A DNA stretch of 64,000 nucleotides from Candidatus Iainarchaeum sp. (GTDB lineage Archaea > Iainarchaeota > Iainarchaeia > Iainarchaeales > GCA-2688035): NCBI GenBank assembly GCA_017610205.1, contig JAFCCL010000005.1, forward strand, positions 1 through 64,000, read 5' to 3'. The position numbers were made by a program, and so were the translations under genes. The notes under the pieces were generated by a model. The model ran no database searches and was not told where the DNA came from. It saw only the letters and a list, made by a program, of their open reading frames with translations. The first letter of the stretch is position 1. Every line of letters begins with the position of its first letter. Below, piece by piece: positions 57,207-64,000 of this stretch.

Positions 57207-57334
57207 CCATCACGCCCGGCAGCCGCCACTGCCGGCTGGTCAGAGTGTCATCTTCGTTTGGATTCGATGACACGCCCTAGCTGGTCCGGATCCGATTGCC
57301 TATAGTAGCAATCCAACAGCTCGCTTGGGCTAGC
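57204..57334. ncRNA. Multi-hairpin structured element (candidate ncRNA or palindromic repeat)
   Basis: Stems CCGGCAG/CTGCCGG, GTGTCATC/GATGACAC, GATTGC/GCAATC, closed by TAGCC/GGCTA; shares modules with 6668-6741 and 14969-15048. Confidence 0.55.
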
Positions 57335-57342
57335 AAAAGTTA

Positions 57343-58587
57343 TTAACCAACGGCTGTTGCCTTTTGCTTAGTTTCTCTTTCTACTTTCTTTTCAAGCCTT
57401 TGTTCGTTGATTGTTTTTGGCTTTTTGGCAAAGCTAAATGCAACCATTGAAATAAACACGCTTATGATTATTGCAATGTATACAATTTTCAGTATTATTT
57501 CACTTCCTGTTATTCCATATGCTACAAACAATGGTGCCATTGCTGCTGGTGCAATTCCCTTTGGTGAAATAAGCCCCAGTTTTATTCTCTGCATTATGTT
57601 TAGGTCGCTTTTGTAGGAAATGAGCATTACTGAAACCATTCTTGCAATAAGCAAGGCAACCGCAATAACAACTATTTCATATCTGTTTATTCCTAAAGAA
57701 GCTAATTCTGCAAAAGTAAATTGCATTCCAAGCATTATGAAAACAAATATTGTGAAAAGGAAAGCAAGCTGTTCTGTGAAATTTCCAAGAAAATGGGTTT
57801 CCTTTTTTGCTGTACTGCTTAGTAAAAGGGAGGTAATTGCAACAGCAACAATTCCTGAACCAAAAAAGTTTTCAGCAATTACAAAAACTCCTATTGCAAT
57901 CATCAAGCCGATTATTTCCTCATGTCTGTGTTTGCTTGCCTGCAATATTTTTTGTCCCCAGAATGCCCCCCCAAGTCCGACTACACCGCCTATTATTATC
58001 ATTCCAAAAAATTTTGGTACATTAATCCATGCAAGTTCTGGTTTTATAAGATAGTCGAGAATAATTAACGGCAGGATTAATGTAAGCGGCTGGTTGAAAA
58101 TTGATTCTGAAAGCAACACTGTTTTTATTCTGCTTTTTCCACTTGTTTCGGCAGAAGAAATTGCTGCGCTGTCACTTCCGCTTAAAAGCGCTCCTAAAAC
58201 AATGGCGCTAAGTAAAGGAATGCTTAGCAAAGCAAAAGTTATTCCGCTTATTATAAACAACGTTAGGAAAACTCCGAGTGTTGCAAGACTCAGTATAAGT
58301 TTGCTGTCTGCTTGCACTTCTTTGAGTTTTAGGTGGAACCCAGCACTGAATACTATTATTATCAATGCAAGTATTCTGATAAGGCCAGGCATGCTGCCAA
58401 GCAATTCAAGGTTAAGAATTCCAATGGATGCAAAAATTGTGCCAAAGATTATAAGCAACACAACAAATGGTATTTTGCTTTTGTTGCTAATAGCTTTTGC
58501 GATTATTCCAATGGCTAGGATTATCCCAAACTGTGTAAGCAGGGCAAGCGTGTCTATTGGCATCACAATAAATCCTTCAACTGGCAT
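57343..58587 (-). CDS. Cation:proton antiporter (CPA1/NhaP-like)
   Basis: About 12 TM segments, GSDSAA, LLSESIFNQP, SPKGIAPAA. Confidence 0.88.
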   Translation of the reverse strand: MPVEGFIVMPIDTLALLTQFGIILAIGIIAKAISNKSKIPFVVLLIIFGTIFASIGILNLELLGSMPGLIRILALIIIVFSAGFHLKLKEVQADSKLILSLATLGVFLTLFIISGITFALLSIPLLSAIVLGALLSGSDSAAISSAETSGKSRIKTVLLSESIFNQPLTLILPLIILDYLIKPELAWINVPKFFGMIIIGGVVGLGGAFWGQKILQASKHRHEEIIGLMIAIGVFVIAENFFGSGIVAVAITSLLLSSTAKKETHFLGNFTEQLAFLFTIFVFIMLGMQFTFAELASLGINRYEIVVIAVALLIARMVSVMLISYKSDLNIMQRIKLGLISPKGIAPAAMAPLFVAYGITGSEIILKIVYIAIIISVFISMVAFSFAKKPKTINEQRLEKKVERETKQKATAVG

Positions 58588-58661
58588 ATTATAGCAGAAA
58601 GTGGTTCTTTGTTTTTATAGTTTTTGTTGCAAAAGATATTTGGAAATTTTAGGTATTTTAA

Positions 58662-60734
58662 ATGATTCTAATTATTGCCGAAAAAGCCATTGCTGGCAGA
58701 AGGATTGCAGCAATTCTTGCAGGAAAGCAATTGCCTGGAACAAGGCGGGGTTATGCTATAAGATTTGATTTTGAAAAAGACGGAAAAAAATATGTTGTTG
58801 TTCCATTAAGTGGTCACATTGTTGATATTGATTTTCCGCTAATGTACAAACAATGGCTTGGCACCGACCTCAAAAAGCTTGTTAAAGCCGATGTAAATTA
58901 TAACGAAACAGAGAAATCCATTTCAGGTCTTATCAAAGAAGTTGCTCCTGAAATTAAAGAGGTTATAATTGCAACAGATGCTGACAGGGAAGGTGAAGCA
59001 ATTGGGCTTGAAGCCCTTAACATTTTAAAGGAAGTAAATTCAACTGTTAAAATTAAAAGGGCGATTTTTTCAGCCATTACAGAAAAAGACATAACTGATG
59101 CTTTTGCAAATCTTTCAAAGCTTGATTTTAATTTGGCTGAAAGTGCAAATTCAAGAAGGGAAATAGATCTTATTTGGGGAGCTGTCCTTACAAGATTTCT
59201 TTCCCTGATTTCCGGAAGACTGGGAAAGGAATTTCTTTCAACAGGCCGTGTTCAGGGTCCAACTCTTGCATTAATTGTTAGCAGAGAAAAAGAAAGGCTT
59301 GCCTTTGTTGTAAAAAAATACTGGCAGATTCAGGCTGTTTTTGAAAAAGACAAAGCGCAATTTTCGGCATTGCACAAGGAAGCCAAATTTTGGGACCAGA
59401 AAAAGGCAGAAAAGGCAATGAAATGCACAACGCCACCGAAAGGAATTGTAACCGATATCAAAAAAAGGAAAAAGGTGCTTGCAAGACCTGTTCCATTCAA
59501 CACAACTTCTTTCCTAAGGGCTGCTACCCCCATAGGCTTTACTGCAGGGCGAGCTATGCAGATTGCTGAATCACTTTACCAAAGCGGTTTTCTTTCATAC
59601 CCCCGAACAGACAATTCTGTTTATCCAAAAACACTTGACTTAAAGGCAACATTGAAAGAATTGGCAAAAGTAAAAGATTTTGAAAAACTTGCCAATGAAC
59701 TGCTTGCATTTCCAAAGCTTGATGCAAGTTCTGGCAAACTTGCAAAAGACCATCCTCCAATTCACCCTGTTACTGCTGTACAAAAAGAAAAGCTTGATCC
59801 GCAGATGTGGAAAATTTACGAGCTTGTATGCAGAAGATTTATGGCAACACTTGCAAAAGATGCTTTGACAGAAAATCTTTCAGTTTCCATTGACTTAAAC
59901 AAAGAGCCTTTTGTTGCAACAGGCCAAATCTATGTTGAAAAAGGGTGGAAGCATTTCTATCCCTACAGCAAGGCAACCGAAGTACTTCTTCCAAAGCTTG
60001 AAAAAGGCAACGAAGTAAAGCTTTTGAAACTTGACAACCTTGCAAAGGAAACAATGCCTCCTGCAAGATACAGTCAGGGTGCTTTAATTAAGGCAATGTC
60101 TGATTTAAATCTTGGAACAAAGAGCACCAGAGCTGAAACAATCCAAAAGCTTTACAGGCGCAATTACATTGAAGGACAAAAATCAATTGCTCCAACCAAA
60201 ATTGCCATTGCTGTTATTAACGGTCTTGAAAAGCACAATAGTGTGGTTGTAAAACCTGAGATGACCTCAAATTTGGAAAAAGAAATGGATCTTGTTGCTT
60301 CAGGAAAAAAAAGCAAGGATGATGTTGTTGGCGACAGCAGAGAATTCCTTTTGAAAGCACTTCTGCTTTTACTGGAGCACAAAAATGAAATAGGAAGCGA
60401 AATAAGAAACGCTGCAAGGTCTGATTCAATAATAGGCTCTTGCACAGACAAAAATTGCGGAGGACAGCTTTTGATTAGAAAAGGACGGACAGGAAAGCGT
60501 TTCCTTGGCTGCAGCAATTATCCAAAGTGCACAGTTACATGGCCATTGCCTCAAAAGGGGCTGCTTTCCGTTGTGCCAGGGGCGTGTGAACACTGTGGAA
60601 CACCCCTAATAAAAATTGTCGGAAAACGTTACCATTACCAAATGTGCATTAATCCCAAATGCAAAAGCAAGGCTGACTGGGGCAAGAAAAAAGAGGAAAA
60701 GGAAATAACCAAAAAACCTGTTTCAAAGAATTAG
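58662..60734 (+). CDS. topA: DNA topoisomerase IA
   Basis: IIAEK, ATDADREGE, STGRVQGP, SYPRTD, LGTKSTR, C-terminal Zn ribbons. Confidence 0.95.
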   Translation: MILIIAEKAIAGRRIAAILAGKQLPGTRRGYAIRFDFEKDGKKYVVVPLSGHIVDIDFPLMYKQWLGTDLKKLVKADVNYNETEKSISGLIKEVAPEIKEVIIATDADREGEAIGLEALNILKEVNSTVKIKRAIFSAITEKDITDAFANLSKLDFNLAESANSRREIDLIWGAVLTRFLSLISGRLGKEFLSTGRVQGPTLALIVSREKERLAFVVKKYWQIQAVFEKDKAQFSALHKEAKFWDQKKAEKAMKCTTPPKGIVTDIKKRKKVLARPVPFNTTSFLRAATPIGFTAGRAMQIAESLYQSGFLSYPRTDNSVYPKTLDLKATLKELAKVKDFEKLANELLAFPKLDASSGKLAKDHPPIHPVTAVQKEKLDPQMWKIYELVCRRFMATLAKDALTENLSVSIDLNKEPFVATGQIYVEKGWKHFYPYSKATEVLLPKLEKGNEVKLLKLDNLAKETMPPARYSQGALIKAMSDLNLGTKSTRAETIQKLYRRNYIEGQKSIAPTKIAIAVINGLEKHNSVVVKPEMTSNLEKEMDLVASGKKSKDDVVGDSREFLLKALLLLLEHKNEIGSEIRNAARSDSIIGSCTDKNCGGQLLIRKGRTGKRFLGCSNYPKCTVTWPLPQKGLLSVVPGACEHCGTPLIKIVGKRYHYQMCINPKCKSKADWGKKKEEKEITKKPVSKN

Positions 60735-60988
60735 GGTATTGGGGGCAGCAAAAACTTTTTTTGAGAGCCAGTTTGAGCCTGGTGAGCCTTTTTTTCTACC
60801 CCCAACATTTTTCCAAATTAATTTTTTTGTGTCACGAGTTCTGATTGACCCCTCCTATTTTTCGCATACACTTATACTCTTTTATTCTATATATCAAATC
60901 CCCTGTTTTAACTGCTCTCATTAATACAGTTAAGCTTTTAACAATGTTACAATATATACATATTTGGTATTTTGTTGTGTCAAATCAG

Positions 60989-61513
60989 ATGAAGATAACT
61001 GACAGTACAAGAATTGGTTTGCTTGAAGCACTTTTAAAAAAAAACTCTGTCCTGCCAAACATTCGGCAGATTCAAAAACACACTGACTTCCATAAGGCAA
61101 CAATTAAGGGAAGCCTTGCATTTCTTGAAAAGAATGGAATTCTCAAAGGTTTTGGCCCAAAGCTTGATTTCAGAAAGCTTGGTCACAATTTGGAGGTCTT
61201 AACACTTCTTCAGGTTGATATGAGCAAGCAAAAGGCTTTTGAAAAGTTTATTGATGCCTTGGAAAAAGACCCCCATATCTACTGGGTGAGTTCGATAATC
61301 GGCCCTGGTAACTGGAATGTAATGTGCAGGCACATTTACAAGGATGTTGAATCATATCACAATGACATGCGAAACCGTTATATGCAAATTCAGGGATATC
61401 ATGACCTTATAAAAAACATGCAGAGCTTTTTTTCAGTAGAGCCTGTTTTTAAAAACCAAAGCAGGACTGAATCAATAATAGAGCTTGTAAAAAGTGAACC
61501 TGTCAAAAAGTAA
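60989..61513 (+). CDS. Lrp/AsnC-like regulator
   Basis: N-terminal HTH, LEKNGILKGFGPKLDFRKLG, IGPGNWNVM. Confidence 0.8.
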   Translation: MKITDSTRIGLLEALLKKNSVLPNIRQIQKHTDFHKATIKGSLAFLEKNGILKGFGPKLDFRKLGHNLEVLTLLQVDMSKQKAFEKFIDALEKDPHIYWVSSIIGPGNWNVMCRHIYKDVESYHNDMRNRYMQIQGYHDLIKNMQSFFSVEPVFKNQSRTESIIELVKSEPVKK

Positions 61514-61560
61514 TCAAACATTACAAAAGTTATTTAATCATTTAATGTGTAATTATTTTT

Positions 61561-61998
61561 ATGTCACCAGTACCTAAACCACCAAAGCCAATTAGAAGAA
61601 GGGCAAGAACACCTGCTAAGGAAACGCAAATTGAAAAAAGAATTGATCTGCTATCAAAGAACGTTCAGTATAAAGTCCTTGAAATAGACGGGCTCCCTGA
61701 ATCAAGTCGCCTTTTGCATAAAAAAACTTTACGTGACGTTCTTGCTGAAAGGGAACAAAATAGCCCTGAAAAACATTTGGCTTTGAAAGCCTTTTTGGAA
61801 AACAAAGGAATGGGAAAAGAATGGCGTACTAAACTTAATGAACAACAGCTAGAAATGACTGCGCCTATCTTGCTTGAACTTCTTGCTAACGTTCCAAGAC
61901 CAGAAGCAATACATAGAGGTGATCACGCACGAATTATTAAAAAAATGAGAAGATTTTTAGCAGCAATTGAAGAAGCCAAAAGAGCAGGTATTACCTAA
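61561..61998 (+). CDS. Hypothetical protein with P/K/R-rich N-terminus
   Basis: MSPVPKPPKPIRRRART; TATA-like TATTTAA upstream. Confidence 0.7.
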   Translation: MSPVPKPPKPIRRRARTPAKETQIEKRIDLLSKNVQYKVLEIDGLPESSRLLHKKTLRDVLAEREQNSPEKHLALKAFLENKGMGKEWRTKLNEQQLEMTAPILLELLANVPRPEAIHRGDHARIIKKMRRFLAAIEEAKRAGIT

Positions 61999-62017
61999 CC
62001 AATTTGAAGGTTTTCTT

Positions 62018-62818
62018 ATGGACATTGAATTAGATTTTGAAAAAAGTTTGGAGGAAAATGCTTCTTCTTATTTTGAGAAAAGCAAGGCTGCAAAGAAAAA
62101 ACTCTCCGGATTGAAGAAAGCAATGATTGACCTTGAAAAAAAGGCTTCAAAAGTAAAAGAAAAACCAAAAGCAAAGCCCCTTGCAGTTAAAAGGAAAAGG
62201 CAGTGGTTTGAAGCATTTCACTGGTTTACCTCAAGCCAGGGCTTTCTTGTAATTGGTGGAAGGGATGCAAAAAGCAACGAAGCAGTTGTCAAAAAGCATT
62301 TGGACAAAGAAGACATGTTTCTTCACGCAGACATTCAGGGCGGAAGTGCATGCGTTGTTAAATCTGAAGGGAAAAAAATTCCGGAACAAAGCCTTAAAGA
62401 AGCAGCAGAGTTTGCAGCTGTCTGGAGCAAGGCATGGCAGCAAAAGCTTGCAAGCGTTGACGTTTATGCCGCTTCCAAAGAACAGGTTTCCAAAAAAGCT
62501 CCAAGCGGAGAAGCCATTTCAACAGGAGGTTTTATGATTTACGGAAAAAGGCAATGGTTTAGAAAAACCACCCTGCAATTCGCAGTTGGCTTGCTTAAAG
62601 AGGGCGATGCCTTTACTGCAATGGGTGGACCGCCTGAGGCTGTAAAAAAGAATTGCATTGCTTTTGTTAAAATAGTGCAGGGAAAGGAAAAGAAAAGTGG
62701 AATTGCAAAGAAAGTGTTGCAGCGTTTTGAGAAAAAAACAGGAAAAACAACTGTTTCATTAAATGACCTGATTTCGCTTTTGCCAGGTGACCTGCTTGAA
62801 ATAAGGGAAGAGTTTTAA
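62018..62818 (+). CDS. NFACT-R domain protein (short Rqc2/RqcH-like)
   Basis: WFEAFHWFTSSQGFLVIGGRDAKSNE, FLHADIQGG, QVSKKAPSGE, GGFMIYGKR. Confidence 0.88.
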   Translation: MDIELDFEKSLEENASSYFEKSKAAKKKLSGLKKAMIDLEKKASKVKEKPKAKPLAVKRKRQWFEAFHWFTSSQGFLVIGGRDAKSNEAVVKKHLDKEDMFLHADIQGGSACVVKSEGKKIPEQSLKEAAEFAAVWSKAWQQKLASVDVYAASKEQVSKKAPSGEAISTGGFMIYGKRQWFRKTTLQFAVGLLKEGDAFTAMGGPPEAVKKNCIAFVKIVQGKEKKSGIAKKVLQRFEKKTGKTTVSLNDLISLLPGDLLEIREEF

Positions 62819-62861
62819 TATTGTTTCAGACAAAATATGTTATTTATAGGGAGTTAAAAAA

Positions 62862-64000
62862 ATGCCTGAAAAAACCATTGATTTGAAGGTAGCAGACCCT
62901 GACCCAACACACGTTGGGCGAAACATAGTTACTCTTGACAGGGAAACCAAAAGGCATTTGGGCATTACAAGTGGTGACATTGTTGAAATAGATGGCCCAA
63001 AAAGAAAAACTGCTGCAATTGTCTGGCCTGCAAGGGCGGAAGATGAAGGGCGTCTTTTGATTAGGATGGACAATTTGATAAGGCTCAATGCTGGAGTAGG
63101 TCTTGGAGAAAAGGTTACCGTAAAAAAGGGAAATCCAAAAGAAGCCAAAAAGGTTGTTATGGCTCCAACTCAGGATATAAGAATTATTGCTTCAGGTTAT
63201 GACCGGATTCTCAAAAAAACTTTTTTGGGAAGACCTTTAACTCTTGGAGACAGTGTTTGGATAAGCGTTTTTGGAACAGGTTTTGTTTACAAAATTGTTG
63301 ACACTGTTCCAAGGGGCTGTGTTAAGGTAACAGACTTTACCCAGATTGTGCTCAAGGAAAAGCCTGTTAAGGGCGAGCTTGAAACAGTTCCAAGAATTTC
63401 TTATGATGATATTGGCGGTCTTGACGAGCCAATGCGAAAAGTTAGGGAAATGATTGAGTTGCCTATGAGGCATCCTGAAATTTTCAGAAAGCTTGGCATT
63501 GTACCTCCAAAAGGTGTTTTGCTTTATGGTCCGCCTGGAACCGGAAAAACTTTGCTTGCAAAGGCAGTTGCCCACGAAACCCAGGCTCATTTCAAATCAG
63601 TTAATGCTCCTGAAATTATGAGCAAATTTGTTGGAGAGGCTGAGGAAAGAATCAGAAAAATTTTTAAAGAAGCAGAAGAAAATGCCCCAAGCATTATTTT
63701 TATTGACGAAATTGATTCAATTGCTCCAAAAAGAGAAACGGTTGTTGGAGAAGTTGAAAGGCGTGTTGTTGCCCAGATTCTTGCATTAATGGACGGGCTT
63801 GAAGCACGAGGCAATGTGATTGTTATTGCTGCAACCAACAGGGTAAATAGTTTGGATGAAGCTTTAAGGAGACCTGGAAGGTTTGACAGGGAAATTGAAT
63901 TCCCTGTTCCAAACAAAAAGGCAAGAAAGGAAATTTTACAGATTCATACAAGGGGAATGCCTCTTGCAGAAGATGGTACAAACAAAGTTGACCTTGATCA
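62862..64000 (+). CDS. cdc48: CDC48/VCP AAA+ ATPase (runs off the window end; not in ORF track)
   Basis: [68 protein letters not shown]. Confidence 0.95.
   Translation, partial: MPEKTIDLKVADPDPTHVGRNIVTLDRETKRHLGITSGDIVEIDGPKRKTAAIVWPARAEDEGRLLIRMDNLIRLNAGVGLGEKVTVKKGNPKEAKKVVMAPTQDIRIIASGYDRILKKTFLGRPLTLGDSVWISVFGTGFVYKIVDTVPRGCVKVTDFTQIVLKEKPVKGELETVPRISYDDIGGLDEPMRKVREMIELPMRHPEIFRKLGIVPPKGVLLYGPPGTGKTLLAKAVAHETQAHFKSVNAPEIMSKFVGEAEERIRKIFKEAEENAPSIIFIDEIDSIAPKRETVVGEVERRVVAQILALMDGLEARGNVIVIAATNRVNSLDEALRRPGRFDREIEFPVPNKKARKEILQIHTRGMPLAEDGTNKVDLD

Noticed and set aside
57204-57334. 5S rRNA or tRNA
   Set aside because: Similar size and GC content, but I found no 5S conserved motifs or T-loop on either strand, and it shares modules with other intergenic elements.

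Overview
AT-rich archaeal chromosome segment. The compact gene content, archaeal informational genes and many lineage-specific ORFs suggest a DPANN lineage such as Diapherotrites/Iainarchaeota; this is inference from gene content only. The window holds a DNA-repair neighbourhood (nurA, Zn-ribbon gene, intein-containing herA, degenerate PolB2-like gene, short Rad50), translation and tRNA-modification genes, and an intron-containing tRNA-Arg(TCG). It also holds a stand-alone LAGLIDADG gene, hicBA, a ~19 kb minus-strand run with a type IV/Tad pilus locus (nine class III signal-peptide proteins, peptidase, two TadC-like proteins, KlbA-type ATPase with an Ala1 intein), nre, rfcS with an intein, topA and cdc48. 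Four unexplained signals stand out. (1) A TTCACCGGAA(A/G) motif lies 26-30 nt upstream of TATA-like boxes at nurA-herA, polB2-like, nre, rad50 and the LAGLIDADG gene, a candidate DNA-damage regulon. (2) A modular family of GC-rich structured intergenic elements occurs at four sites. (3) A promoter-bearing omegaRNA-like IS200/IS605 remnant lacks tnpB. (4) Gene ends and junctions are repeatedly duplicated in tandem, creating chains of translationally coupled mini-ORFs. All calls are by eye; no searches or folding programs were run.
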